Shown piece by piece: positions 31,742 through 41,425 of a stretch of 64,000 nucleotides of DNA. The stretch's first letter is position 1, and every line of letters starts with the position of its first letter. The stretch lies in the NCBI GenBank assembly GCA_964487155.1, contig CAZAQB010000003.1:13125-77124 (forward strand), in the 5' to 3' direction. The DNA is from an uncultured Ectothiorhodospiraceae bacterium (GTDB lineage: Bacteria; Pseudomonadota; Gammaproteobacteria; Nitrococcales; Nitrococcaceae). The translations under genes were made by a program, and so were the position numbers. The notes beneath the pieces are model-generated. The model had not been told where the DNA came from. It saw only the letters and a program-made list of their open reading frames with translations, and ran no database searches.

Positions 31742-33169
31742 GTGCGACGGAGACAGGCCGTGCAGCTGCGCGTTCTGAGCCACCTGGGCCACCGCTTCAC
31801 CCGCTGGCTGCGCAGGGCCGACCTGCGGCCGCTGCCCTGGTGGGAGTCGGCGGCACTGCAGGGCGCCCGCATCGTCTATGCGGTGGTTCGTGAATTGTCC
31901 GAAGGCCAGCTCACGCTGCGCGCCATGAGCCTAGTCTATACTACCCTGCTGGCCCTGGTCCCGCTGCTGGCGGTGAGCTTCTCGGTGCTCAAGGCATTCG
32001 GCGTCCACAACCAGGTGGAGCCCGCCCTCGAGCAGTTCCTGGCGCCGCTGGGCCCCCAGGCCTCCGAGATCACCAACCGGCTGGTGGAGTTCGTCGACCG
32101 CATCCGGGTCGGCGTTCTCGGGGCCCTGGGCGTGGCGCTGCTGCTCTATACGGTGGTGGCGCTGATGCAGAAGGTGGAACGGGCATTCAACTACGCATGG
32201 CGGGTGCACCGCCACCGCAACCTGGCCCAGCGTTTCAGCCACTATCTGAGCGTGCTGCTGATCGGCCCGGTACTGGTGTTCGCCGCCATGGGGGTCACCG
32301 CCTCGGTGCTCGGCTCCAGCTGGCTGCAGCAGCTTGCCACCATCGAGCCCTTCGGCGCGGCGCTGGAACTGGTGGCGCGGCTGGTGCCCTACCTGCTGGT
32401 GATCGGTGCCTTCAGCTTTGTCTACGCCTTCATCCCCAACACCCGGGTGCGGCCCGCCTCCGCGCTGGCCGGGGCAGTGGCCGCCGGCGTGCTGTGGCAG
32501 ACCACCGGCTGGGGTTTCGCATCCTTCGTGGCCAACGCGGGCAACTACGCGGCCGTCTACTCCGCCTTCGCCACGCTCATCCTGTTCATGATCTGGCTGT
32601 ATCTCAGCTGGCTGATCCTGCTGGTGGGAGCGAGCGTGGCCTACTACCACCAGCACCCGCGCCAGCTGCTCTCCCTGGGCCGCGAGGGCTGGCTCAGCCC
32701 CTGGCTGCGGGAGCGCGCGGGGCTGGCACTGACGGTGACACTGGCGCAGCGCCTCTACGCACGCCGCCCGCCGCCGACCGCCAGCGAACTCGCGGATGCC
32801 CTGCGCCTGCCCCAGCAGGCGGTGGAGCGGCTGCTGGAGGCGCTGGAGGCCGCCGGCCTGTTGCGCAGCAGCGGCGAGGACGACCGGGAGGTGTTCCTGC
32901 TGGAGGTGCCGCCCGACGCCCTCACCGCCAACGAGGTGCTGCAGGCCCTGCGCCACCACGAGGAGCGGGCCGGCATCCGGGCCGAGCGGCTGGCGATGTC
33001 GCCCGCGGTAGCGGAGCTGCTGGAGAGCTCGGACCAGGCCGCCCGGCAGGCGCTGGGCGATGCCACCCTGAGGCAGCTGGCCCGCTCCGCCGGCCCGGCC
33101 ACTGCGCCGCCGGGTGCCGCCAGGGAGGACCCGCCGCCCCGCAAGGCGACGGCGGAACGGGGCGGCTGA
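31742..33169 (+). CDS. YihY/BrkB family membrane protein with a C-terminal winged-helix-like extension
   Basis: The region LRAMSLVYTTLLALVPLLAVSFSVLKAFG...ALGVALLLYTVVALMQKVERAFNYAW..........YLSVLLIGPVL is typical of YihY. The C-terminal roughly 130 aa (ASELADALRLPQQAVERLLEALEAAGLL) look wHTH-like. The start (GTG 31742) is uncertain. Confidence 0.75.
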   Translation: MRRRQAVQLRVLSHLGHRFTRWLRRADLRPLPWWESAALQGARIVYAVVRELSEGQLTLRAMSLVYTTLLALVPLLAVSFSVLKAFGVHNQVEPALEQFLAPLGPQASEITNRLVEFVDRIRVGVLGALGVALLLYTVVALMQKVERAFNYAWRVHRHRNLAQRFSHYLSVLLIGPVLVFAAMGVTASVLGSSWLQQLATIEPFGAALELVARLVPYLLVIGAFSFVYAFIPNTRVRPASALAGAVAAGVLWQTTGWGFASFVANAGNYAAVYSAFATLILFMIWLYLSWLILLVGASVAYYHQHPRQLLSLGREGWLSPWLRERAGLALTVTLAQRLYARRPPPTASELADALRLPQQAVERLLEALEAAGLLRSSGEDDREVFLLEVPPDALTANEVLQALRHHEERAGIRAERLAMSPAVAELLESSDQAARQALGDATLRQLARSAGPATAPPGAAREDPPPRKATAERGG

Positions 33170-33194
33170 GCCAGCCCTTCAAGACAGTTCCAGG

Positions 33195-33956
33195 TCAGCG
33201 CGGACTGGCCTGGCGCAGCGGCACCTCGCGAACCACGATGGTCTCCCCCACCTGCAGCGCCAGGCGCAGGCTGCGGGCCGAGTTGGCCTCGTCGTGGCCC
33301 GGGAAGAACAGATAGCCGTGGGCCAGCTCGCCCGGCCGCACCACCCGGTTCTGCATCGAACTCTGCCGGAGATCGTCCTGGATGTCCCGGCCCACTTCGC
33401 CGTAGCGCTGGGCGCCGGAACCGATGGCGCCGATGGCGGCGCCGGCGGCTGCCCCCTTGCCGGCCGCCTCACCGGCACCCCCGCCGCCGACGATGCCGAT
33501 GGCGGCGCCAGCGACGGCCCCGGCCAGGCCGGTAAGCAGCGAGGTCCGGGCGCCGCTACGGATGCTCTCACCCGCGGCCACCGACTGGCGCACCCGCTCG
33601 GCGGCCCGATCCGCCGCCAGCAGCGGCCAGGCGGAACCGTCGGCGTCCACCACGAAGGTCTGCTGCGGCTGAATCAGCAGGCGCTCGCCGCTGGCGTTGT
33701 CGATCACCAGTTGCACCGGCAACAGCCCGGCGCCGCGGATGTCGAAGCCGAAGGCCTCCCGGGCCGCCGCCGGCTCCACGAAGGCCGTACCCAGAACCTG
33801 GGCACCCGCCACCTCGACGGCATCCGCCTGGCCGGCGGGCAGGGGCACCGGTGCCACCCGCTCGCCGTAGGTGGCACAGCCGGTCTGGACCAGCGCAAGC
33901 ACCAGCGCCAGAAGGATCCCGGCGCCCGCACGCCGGTGGACACGAAATGGTTTCAT
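33195..33956 (-). CDS. Lipoprotein, hypothetical (glycine-zipper region)
   Basis: Start MKPFRVHRRAGAGILLALVLALVQTGC (lipobox). Internal glycine-zipper segment GLAGAVAGAAIGIVGGGGAGEAAGKGAAAGAAIGAIGSG. Confidence 0.65.
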   Translation of the reverse strand: MKPFRVHRRAGAGILLALVLALVQTGCATYGERVAPVPLPAGQADAVEVAGAQVLGTAFVEPAAAREAFGFDIRGAGLLPVQLVIDNASGERLLIQPQQTFVVDADGSAWPLLAADRAAERVRQSVAAGESIRSGARTSLLTGLAGAVAGAAIGIVGGGGAGEAAGKGAAAGAAIGAIGSGAQRYGEVGRDIQDDLRQSSMQNRVVRPGELAHGYLFFPGHDEANSARSLRLALQVGETIVVREVPLRQASPR

Positions 33957-34027
33957 CCGCCCTGCCCCGTTTCCGAACACCTTTCGCCGTGTTGGGCAGG
34001 ACGCCGGCCCGGGAGTTCCCCAGAGCC

Positions 34028-34630
34028 TCAGCCGGGCCGGGTGGCGGCCAACGAGGGCCGCTCCCGACGCGCCTTCCACCAGCCCGCCAGCACCGGCTGC
34101 TGAGCGCTCCAGTCGAGCTCCGGCAGCCGGAAACCGACGTACTCCACGGCCACCACCAGCGCGAGATCCCCCAAGTCGGGCGCCCCGGGGTCACCCCCCG
34201 CCACCTCGGCGGCCTTGCCGAGCAACTGGGGCAGGGCCGCCAGGCGCCGGGCGACAATGGGATCGGAGTCCGCCTGCTCGCCCCGGAAGCGGCGGTTGGC
34301 CACCACGGCCACAGCGGCGTCCAGGATCCCCTGGCTGAGGCCCAGGCGGCGCATCACCGACTCCAGGGAATGCGGGGGAATCAGCGGCGGCTCGGCAAAA
34401 CTGTGCTCCAGGTAGAGGACGATCAGGGCGCTCTCGGTCAGGGGCAGGCCGTGCTCGGTGATCAGCGTGGGTATTCGGCACAACGGGTTCACCTGCAGCA
34501 GGGAATCCGGGCTGGACCAGGGGTCCACCATCTCCACCTGGATCTTCTCCAGGAGCCGCTTCTCCGCCAGTACCACCCGCACCAGACGGGCGTAGGGCGA
34601 GGTGGGGGACGCCAACAGTCGCATGCTCAT
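34028..34630 (-). CDS. Glutathione S-transferase family protein
   Basis: Start MSMRLLASPTSPYARLVRVVLAEK.........NPL.RIPTL.....L.ES..I..YL (GST N-terminal thioredoxin-like motif), followed by a C-terminal helical domain. Confidence 0.8.
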   Translation of the reverse strand: MSMRLLASPTSPYARLVRVVLAEKRLLEKIQVEMVDPWSSPDSLLQVNPLCRIPTLITEHGLPLTESALIVLYLEHSFAEPPLIPPHSLESVMRRLGLSQGILDAAVAVVANRRFRGEQADSDPIVARRLAALPQLLGKAAEVAGGDPGAPDLGDLALVVAVEYVGFRLPELDWSAQQPVLAGWWKARRERPSLAATRPG

Positions 34631-34759
34631 GCAAGGCACTCCGAGGGGACGCGGGGGGACACGCGCAAGCATAGCCCGACAGGCCGCCAGGGCGGCCATA
34701 CTGGATGCAGCCGGACCCCGGATCGGCGAAGTTCGTTTGGCAAGGGCAGGAGGCAAGCC

Positions 34760-35434
34760 ATGGCGCGCGTGATCGTGTTTGACGTCAACGAAACCCTGCT
34801 GGACCTGGGCGCCCTCGATCCCGTCTTCGAGGATCTATTCGGCTCCGCATCGGCCCGTGTGGACTGGTTCCGCAGCGTGCTGAGCACCGCCATGGTGGTG
34901 ACCCTCTGCGAGCGCTACCACGACTTCTCCCAGGTCGGCGCCGCCGCCCTGGAGTCGGTGGCCCGGCGCCACGGTGTCACCCTGGGGGACGCCGAGCGCC
35001 AGCGGCTGGCGGACACCATGCGCAGCCTGCCGCCCCACCCGGAAGTGCCGGGGGCTCTGCAGCGGCTGCGCGACGCCGGGCTGCGGCTGGTGGCGCTTAC
35101 CAATTCCGCACCGGCGGCCATGGAAGCCCAGCTGCAACACGCCGGCCTCGCCGGGCTGTTCGCAGCCCGGCTATCGGTGGATCACTCGCGGCAGCTGAAA
35201 CCGGCCCTGGCCGTGTACCGGGACGCCGCGGCCCGGCTCGGCGTGGCAACCACCAACATGCGCATGGTGGCGGCCCACGGCTGGGACCTGGCCGGCGCCA
35301 TGAGCGCCGGCTGCGCGGCGGCCTTTGTGGCCCGCCCGGGCCAGTTCCTGGAGCCCCTGTTCCCGGAACCGGACATCATCGGCCCGGACATGGACTCCGT
35401 GGCGGAACAGATCCTCTCCAGGGAGATTCCCTGA
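34760..35434 (+). CDS. HAD family hydrolase (haloacid dehalogenase type II-like)
   Basis: MARVIVFDVNETLLDL (motif I, DxxxT), LVALTNS (motif II), KP...Y (motif III), and AHGWDLAGA near the C-terminus. Confidence 0.75.
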   Translation: MARVIVFDVNETLLDLGALDPVFEDLFGSASARVDWFRSVLSTAMVVTLCERYHDFSQVGAAALESVARRHGVTLGDAERQRLADTMRSLPPHPEVPGALQRLRDAGLRLVALTNSAPAAMEAQLQHAGLAGLFAARLSVDHSRQLKPALAVYRDAAARLGVATTNMRMVAAHGWDLAGAMSAGCAAAFVARPGQFLEPLFPEPDIIGPDMDSVAEQILSREIP

Positions 35435-35536
35435 GCCGCTCCCCGGGGCCCCCGGGCCGCCGAGCCTACCCGCCCTTGCCCTTGACCGGGGCGCCCGTGT
35501 AGAAGTGTGGTCTAGTGCTTGTGCGGGTCTTGAACG

Positions 35537-36238
35537 ATGAGTGAACCGGACGATCTTCGGCAACTGGCACAGCAGGCCCCGGTGGTGGTGTTTCACTCGC
35601 CGGTCACGGATCTGGGCAGCCTGGACCGTGAGTTGGACCGAGCCGGAATTCGCTGGCAGGCGGTGGAAATGACCATGGCCAGCCAGGCCAGCCGGGATCT
35701 GTTCCACCAGCTGCGCCACTGGACCGGCCACCCCACCCTGCCGCAGGTATTCCGCGACGGACGCTTCCTGGGTGGCCTTGAGCAGGCGCGCACCGCCCTC
35801 ACCGATGTGCCGCCGCTGCGCCCAGCGGCGGCCTTGTGGATGGGGTACCTGGGCCTGCTGCCGTTCGCCGCCGGCGCCGCGGGCGCCTGGCTGGGGCTGC
35901 CGGGCTCGGCGCAGGCCCTGGCGGCCTACGGCGCGGTGATCCTGTGCTTCGTGGGCGCCATGCACTGGGGCGTGGCGGCGCTGCGGCCCGGCGACCCCGG
36001 GAGCCGGGGGGCGTTCCTCGCCAGCGTGGTTCCCGCCCTGGTGGCCTGGGGCGCGCTGCTGCTGCCCGCCGGCCCCGGCAGCCTGGCCCTGCTGGCCGTC
36101 AGCTTTCCGGCATGGCTGACCTGGGAGCGGCACCGCCTCAGCGCGCCGCTCCCGCCCTGGCTGCGGCGGCTGCGCCTGGAACTCACCGCCGGCGCCACCC
36201 TGGCGCTCGCCGTCGGCGCCGCATCCTGGCTGGTCTGA
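35537..36238 (+). CDS. Glutaredoxin-like domain (no active-site Cys) fused to a DUF3429 membrane domain
   Basis: The N-terminus VVVFHSPVTDLGS......GIRWQAVEM.......LRHWTGHPTLPQVFRDGRFLGGLEQ follows the Grx fold, but CPYC is replaced by cysteine-free sequence. The C-terminus WMGYLGLLPF....AYGAVILCFVGAMHWG is DUF3429-like with 4 TM segments. Confidence 0.6.
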   Translation: MSEPDDLRQLAQQAPVVVFHSPVTDLGSLDRELDRAGIRWQAVEMTMASQASRDLFHQLRHWTGHPTLPQVFRDGRFLGGLEQARTALTDVPPLRPAAALWMGYLGLLPFAAGAAGAWLGLPGSAQALAAYGAVILCFVGAMHWGVAALRPGDPGSRGAFLASVVPALVAWGALLLPAGPGSLALLAVSFPAWLTWERHRLSAPLPPWLRRLRLELTAGATLALAVGAASWLV

Positions 36239-36276
36239 GCCGACTCCCCAGCCAAGGCACGGCCCCCGAACCCGGC

Positions 36277-36936
36277 TCAGGGTGCGGCCAGCACCAGATT
36301 GAACTGCGCCTGGGGCAGGCCGGCAGGCCCCCGGGCGAAGTCCACCAGCAGCAACTGGCGCAGCGCCGGATCGCGGATGCTGTTAAGCAGAGCGTCGCGC
36401 CGGTTCTCCCGCCGTCCCCGCTCGTACATCTGGGTCACCAGGGGTTCAGCATCGCCCCCGGTGAGCCGGAAGTGGATGTGGGGCGCGCGCCCCGGATACG
36501 GTACCGGGCGGATGGTGCGAAACCGGTAGCCGCCGTCGGCACCGGTTACCGCGTGGCCGTAGCCCTGGAAGCCCGGATCCCGAGGCCGATTCTGGCGATC
36601 CCGGTCATGGTGGTAGCGGCCGAAGGCGTTGGCCTGCCAGATCTCCACGCGCACCCCCGCCAGCGGCGACCCGGAACGGTCCGTGACCCTCCCGGCTACC
36701 TCCACGTGCTCTCCCCGGGCCGGCGCCGGGGCGCCCCGCACGTTCACCAGGTCACTGTCATCGTCCAAGGGCAGGCGGTCGGGGTAGAACGGCCCCAGGG
36801 ACTGGCGCGGCGTCAACAGCCGGGCCGCGGCTCCGGCGTAACCGGTACCGCCCAGGGCGGCCAGCGCCGTCAGGGCGGCACACAGTCTGCGGCGGCGCCG
36901 CAGATCGGCGGATGCGGGATAGTAGTCAGCGTCCAA
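36277..36936 (-). CDS. Intradiol ring-cleavage dioxygenase family protein with a Tat signal
   Basis: Twin-arginine leader (DLRRRRRLCAALTALAALGG). Pattern GPFY........G.V.D..G.PLAGV.VEIWQAN..G.Y.H.........FQGYG...T...G.Y.F.TIRP.PYPGR.PHIHF. Confidence 0.8.
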   Translation of the reverse strand: MDADYYPASADLRRRRRLCAALTALAALGGTGYAGAAARLLTPRQSLGPFYPDRLPLDDDSDLVNVRGAPAPARGEHVEVAGRVTDRSGSPLAGVRVEIWQANAFGRYHHDRDRQNRPRDPGFQGYGHAVTGADGGYRFRTIRPVPYPGRAPHIHFRLTGGDAEPLVTQMYERGRRENRRDALLNSIRDPALRQLLLVDFARGPAGLPQAQFNLVLAAP

Positions 36937-37008
36937 CGGGGGCCTCCAGGCGGATTCTGCCAGCTGCCTGAATTTGGACTGCCGAAGTACGCCAGGGGTT
37001 GCACAGCC

Positions 37009-37479
37009 TCAGCTGCCGGCCGGCTCCAGCAGGCCCGGGCCGACCCAGGCCTGTTCGCGGCGCCGGACTTGCTGCGCCTCGGATTCGGGTCGGCTGCACC
37101 GGGCCTGCTCAACCACCCGTTCCACGAACTCGCCCACCAGCAATGGCGACATGCGCACGCCGGAACGAAAGCGATGGCTGGTGCCCACCAGCTCCGCATG
37201 GGCCAGGCAGTGCACCACCCGGGTGACACCGTTCCAGCCGCTGGCGAAGCGTACCGGCGAGCGCCGCCAGCCCGCCGCCATCAACAGGTAGCCCCGGGTT
37301 TCAGCCCAGACGGTCACCAGACGGCGCGCGTCCATGCGGGCCAGCTCCGGGGCCTTGGTCAGCGCCTCGCGCAGCGCCTGGGCCGTGGCTTCCGGCAAGG
37401 CCGGGCCCGGTATCAGGTAGCGGGCCACATACAGGCCCGCCGGCTTGTCCGAACGGCGAACCGTCATGCTGCAGGTCAT
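37009..37479 (-). CDS. Hypothetical protein (156 aa)
   Basis: ATG at 37479 with GGGAGA upstream. High third-position GC. No family recognised. A hairpin terminator separates it from rpmA. Confidence 0.45.
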   Translation of the reverse strand: MTCSMTVRRSDKPAGLYVARYLIPGPALPEATAQALREALTKAPELARMDARRLVTVWAETRGYLLMAAGWRRSPVRFASGWNGVTRVVHCLAHAELVGTSHRFRSGVRMSPLLVGEFVERVVEQARCSRPESEAQQVRRREQAWVGPGLLEPAGS

Positions 37480-37590
37480 TGACGTCTCCCGGACGCGCTG
37501 GGGGCGGGAGCGAGCAAGGCCCCGCGCAATGCCCCTTGAGCGCATTGTCGGCACCCGGGGCTGGAACTTGAGCGCGGCGGGAGAAACGAC

Positions 37591-37613
37591 AGACCCCGCG
37601 CGAGGCGGGGTCT
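37591..37613 (-). terminator. Probable intrinsic terminator after rpmA
   Basis: On the minus strand: AGACCCCGC-CTCGC-GCGGGGTCT followed by GTCGTTTCTC, 47 nt downstream of the rpmA stop. The T-tract is interrupted. Confidence 0.5.
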
Positions 37614-37659
37614 GGAGCGGGCGGCCGGGTGGCCGTCCGGATGCGTCGCGCAACGGGCG

Positions 37660-37920
37660 CTATTCGGAGGGCTGGATGCTCACTACGCGGCGCTTCTGCG
37701 GGCCCTTGCGAGCGAACTGTACGTGGCCGTCGGCGGTGGCGAACAGGGTGTGATCGCGGCCCACACCGACGTTGGGGCCCGGGTGGAAGCGGGTGCCACG
37801 CTGGCGCACCAGGATGTTCCCGGCCTTCACCAGCTGGCCGCCGAAGCGCTTCACGCCCAGGCGCTTTGACTCGGAATCGCGGCCGTTGCGAGTGCTGCCG
37901 CCTGCCTTCTTGTGTGCCAT
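37660..37920 (-). CDS. rpmA: 50S ribosomal protein L27
   Basis: [54 protein letters not shown]...G.V.F. Confidence 0.98.
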   Translation of the reverse strand: MAHKKAGGSTRNGRDSESKRLGVKRFGGQLVKAGNILVRQRGTRFHPGPNVGVGRDHTLFATADGHVQFARKGPQKRRVVSIQPSE

Positions 37921-37943
37921 CGCTGGTCAGTCCCCGTCTTGGA

Positions 37944-38255
37944 TCAAGCCTGGCGGATGCCGGTGATGCGAACCTCGGTGTAGTTCTGCCGGTGTCCGTG
38001 GCGGCGCAGGTAGTTCTTGCGGCGCCGGAACTTCACCACGTCCACCTTGCGGCTGCGGCCGTGGCTCACCACTTGCGCGGTGACCTCGCCGCCGGCGACC
38101 ACCGGGGTCCCCACACTCACGGTCTCGCCACCCAGCATCAGCACCTGATCAAAGGTGACGGAGGCGCCCTGCTCGGCGTCCAGCTTTTCGACCCGGAGCA
38201 GGTCACCCTCGGCGACGCGGTACTGCTTGCCCCCGGTCCTGATGACGGCGTACAT
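37944..38255 (-). CDS. rplU: 50S ribosomal protein L21
   Basis: [21 protein letters not shown].......V.FD.VLM.........G.P........A.V..HGR..KV...KFRRRK...R..GHRQ..TE..I..I. Confidence 0.98.
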   Translation of the reverse strand: MYAVIRTGGKQYRVAEGDLLRVEKLDAEQGASVTFDQVLMLGGETVSVGTPVVAGGEVTAQVVSHGRSRKVDVVKFRRRKNYLRRHGHRQNYTEVRITGIRQA

Positions 38256-38324
38256 CTGGCGCTCTCCCGATGCTGCGGCAATCCGTTTGTGAGCCGCGCA
38301 GTCTATCCCCGCGACCAGGGAGCG

Positions 38325-39560
38325 TCAATCGCCGCCCCCACCCTCTCGGGCCGGCGCCGGCACGGCCACCAGGCGCACCCGGGCGATCCGGCGCTTGCCG
38401 ACCTGCAGCACGTGGCAGGCCCCCGGCGCGAGAGTCAGGGAGCGATCTTCCACCCGCTCACCGTCGATGCGCACCGCCCCCTGGCCCACCAGGCGCATGG
38501 CCTCCGAGCTGCTGGCGGCGAGCCCGGCCTGCTTCAGCAGCGTTCCGATCAGCAGGCCTTGCGGCGGCGCCGCAAGCCGCTGCTCGGGAAGATCCTCGGG
38601 CAGCACCCCCCGCTGGAAGCGGGCCACGAAGGCCTCGTGGGCGGCGCGGGCGGCGGCGGCGCCGTGAAAGCGCTCCACCATCTCGGCGGCGAGCAGGAAT
38701 TTGACATCCCGAGGATTGCGGCCATCGGCCACCTCCCGGCGCAGTTCTTCAACCCGGCCGCCATGGCGCAGGCTGAGCAGCAGCAGGTAGCGCCACATCA
38801 GATCGTCGGAGACGGACATCAGCTTGCCGAACATCTCCTCGGGGGGATCCTGGATGGCCACGTAGTTTCCCAGCGACTTGGACATCTTCTGGACGCCGTC
38901 CAGGCCCTCCAGGATGGGCATGGTGAGGATCACCTGGGGCGGCTGGCCGTACTGCTTCTGCAGCTCCCGGCCCACCAGCAGGTTGAACTTCTGGTCGGTG
39001 CCGCCGAGTTCCACGTCGCTCTCAAGCACCACCGAGTCGTAGCCCTGGATCAGCGGGTAGAGGAACTCGTGCACGGCAATGGACTGGCCGGCGGTATAGC
39101 GCTTGTGGAAATCGTCGCGCTCGAGCATACGCGCGACGTTGTAGCGGGCGGCAAGCTGGATCAGATCGGCGGCGCTGAGCCTGCCCATCCAGTGGGAATT
39201 GAACACCACCTCGGTGCGTTCCCGGTCCAGGATGCAGAACACCTGCTCCTGATAGGTGCGGGCGTTGGCCGCGACGTCCTCGGGGGTCAGCGGCTTGCGG
39301 GTGGCGCTCTTGCCGGTGGGATCCCCGATCATGGCGGTGAAGTCGCCGATCAGGAACTGCACCCGATGCCCCAGATCCTGGAACTGGCGCAGCTTGTTGA
39401 TCAGCACCGTGTGGCCCAGGTGCAGGTCCGGTGCGGTGGGGTCGAAGCCGGCCTTGATCCGCAGCGCACGGCCGCAGGCCAGGCGCTCGGTCAGCTCCGC
39501 CTCCAGCAGGATCTCCGCCGCGCCCCGGCGAAGGGTGGCCAGTGCCTGTTCGGTGCTCAT
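38325..39560 (-). CDS. tyrS: Tyrosine--tRNA ligase
   Basis: Start [14 protein letters not shown]-type motif PDLHLGH, KMSKS motif present, C-terminal S4-like domain ([25 protein letters not shown]). Confidence 0.95.
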   Translation of the reverse strand: MSTEQALATLRRGAAEILLEAELTERLACGRALRIKAGFDPTAPDLHLGHTVLINKLRQFQDLGHRVQFLIGDFTAMIGDPTGKSATRKPLTPEDVAANARTYQEQVFCILDRERTEVVFNSHWMGRLSAADLIQLAARYNVARMLERDDFHKRYTAGQSIAVHEFLYPLIQGYDSVVLESDVELGGTDQKFNLLVGRELQKQYGQPPQVILTMPILEGLDGVQKMSKSLGNYVAIQDPPEEMFGKLMSVSDDLMWRYLLLLSLRHGGRVEELRREVADGRNPRDVKFLLAAEMVERFHGAAAARAAHEAFVARFQRGVLPEDLPEQRLAAPPQGLLIGTLLKQAGLAASSSEAMRLVGQGAVRIDGERVEDRSLTLAPGACHVLQVGKRRIARVRLVAVPAPAREGGGGD

Positions 39561-39809
39561 CGCCTCCCCCAGTTGTGCGGCGCGGCGCCCCGAAGGGTCC
39601 GGCCGTCGACTCGACAAGCCGGGGATTCTACTAAGGGGGTCAGAAACATTGCCACGCTGCCGATAAGACTATGCAACGCGACGACGCCCGGGCTCGGGTT
39701 TTCTACCCGAAACGCGGAAAGTTGAGAGACAGAACGCAGAATCCACCTCAATTCGTTGACCGCCCGGCCCGGCCGGACTATGGTCATTTGCGATTCTGGG
39801 GGAGTTCGC

Positions 39810-41375
39810 ATGCCTTTCCGACACCGCCACGCGACACCGATCTTCCGTACCCGCAACGATGACTGGGGCGGCCGCAGCGCTGGCCGCCTGGTCCGGCGCG
39901 CACTGCTGCTGGGCGCCGGTGGCTTGGTGGCCGCCATAGTGGTGTTCACGGTAAGCGCCCGCGACGCCTCCGAGCCGCGGGACGCCTCCGCTGAGGCGGT
40001 CGCCGCAACCGGTGCGCCGGCGTTACGGGAAGTCCCCCTCGCCCTGCCGCGCGCGCAGACACCGCCCGGCCTGGGCCAGGGGACGCCCACGACGCTTGCC
40101 CTGCCGCCGCCGACCGCAAGCACCGCCCCGGCACCACCTCTGGTCGCCGCGCCGGCCGCCGCACAGCCCGCCGCCGACACCCGGCCGGCTGCGAAGGACA
40201 CCCAGCCCCAGGGGCCCATTGCCAAGATGCCGGCGCCGACGGCCGAAGCCGACCCGGCCCCCGCCCCGCTGCGCTGGGAGACCACGAAGGTGCGCTCCGG
40301 CGACAGCCTGGCCACCATCTTCCGCCGCGCCGGCCTCACTGCGCGCGACGTCCACGAGGTGGTAAACGCCGGCGAGCCGGCCCGTTCCCTGACCCGCATC
40401 TTCCCCGGGGACGAGATCAACCTGGGCCTGGACGATGACGGTGCGCTGCACGCGCTGCGCTACGAGATCAACGAGACCGATACCCTCGATCTGCGCCGGG
40501 AGGCCGAGGGCTTCCGCGCCGGGGTGGACAAGCGAACCCTGGAGCGCCGGCACCGGCACGCAGCCGCCGTGATCGAGACCTCCCTCTACGAGGCCGCCAA
40601 GCAAGCAGGCCTGGAAGAGGGCATGATCATGGAACTCGCCGGCATCTTCGGCTGGGACGTGGACTTCGCCCTGGACATCCGCCAGGGGGATTCCTTCGCC
40701 GTGGTCTACGACGAGATCTACCGTGAGGGCGAGCGCCTGCGGGCCGGCGACATCCTCGCCGCCGAGTTCGTGAACCGCGGCGACGTATTCCGGGCCGTGC
40801 GCTACACCGACCCCGAGGGCCGTACCGACTATTTCGCCCCCGACGGGCGCAGCATGCGCAAGGCGTTCCTGCGCACGCCGATCAACTTCGCCCGGGTCAG
40901 TTCCAACTTCAACCCCCAGCGCTTTCACCCGGTGCTGGGGGTCAAGCGGCCGCACATGGGCACCGACTACGCCGCCCGCCCGGGCACACCCATCAAGGCC
41001 GCCGGCGACGGCCGTATCATCCACCGCGGGCGCAAGGGCGGCTACGGGCGCACCGTCATCCTCCGCCACGGCGAGCGCTACACCACCCTGTACGCCCACA
41101 TGTCCCGCTACAGGAGCGGCCTGGGCGTGGGCAGCCGGGTGCGCCAGGGCCAGGTGATCGGCTATGTGGGCGCCTCGGGCCTCGCCACCGGGCCGCACCT
41201 GCACTACGAGTTCCGCATCGATGGAGTCCACCGCAACCCGCGCACCGTGAAGCTGCCGGACGCCCAGCCGATAGATGCCCGCTTCCGGGCGGACTTCCTG
41301 GCCCACGCCCGGCAGCAGGTGGCGGAACTGGAGCTGATCTCCCGCACCCGGCTGGCCATGGGCGCCGACCAGTAG
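39810..41375 (+). CDS. M23 family murein endopeptidase with an OapA/LysM-like N-terminal region (MepM/YebA-like)
   Basis: ATG 39810 with GGGGGAG upstream. TM anchor, Pro/Ala-rich linker, VRSGDSLATIFRRAGL (OapA/LysM-like), then an M23 catalytic core (HMGTDYAA..GTPI.A.GDG.I......GGYG..V...H......T.YAHMS........G..V..GQ.IG.VG.SG..TGPHLHYE). Confidence 0.9.
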   Translation: MPFRHRHATPIFRTRNDDWGGRSAGRLVRRALLLGAGGLVAAIVVFTVSARDASEPRDASAEAVAATGAPALREVPLALPRAQTPPGLGQGTPTTLALPPPTASTAPAPPLVAAPAAAQPAADTRPAAKDTQPQGPIAKMPAPTAEADPAPAPLRWETTKVRSGDSLATIFRRAGLTARDVHEVVNAGEPARSLTRIFPGDEINLGLDDDGALHALRYEINETDTLDLRREAEGFRAGVDKRTLERRHRHAAAVIETSLYEAAKQAGLEEGMIMELAGIFGWDVDFALDIRQGDSFAVVYDEIYREGERLRAGDILAAEFVNRGDVFRAVRYTDPEGRTDYFAPDGRSMRKAFLRTPINFARVSSNFNPQRFHPVLGVKRPHMGTDYAARPGTPIKAAGDGRIIHRGRKGGYGRTVILRHGERYTTLYAHMSRYRSGLGVGSRVRQGQVIGYVGASGLATGPHLHYEFRIDGVHRNPRTVKLPDAQPIDARFRADFLAHARQQVAELELISRTRLAMGADQ

Positions 41376-41425
41376 GCCCGGGCCGCGACGGCCCGGCACA
41401 TCGGATCCCGGCCCGCGGTGCAACC

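Noticed and set aside
37629-39725. 698-aa plus-strand ORF across rpmA, rplU and tyrS
   Set aside because: It is antisense to three unambiguous housekeeping genes, and the translation has no motifs.
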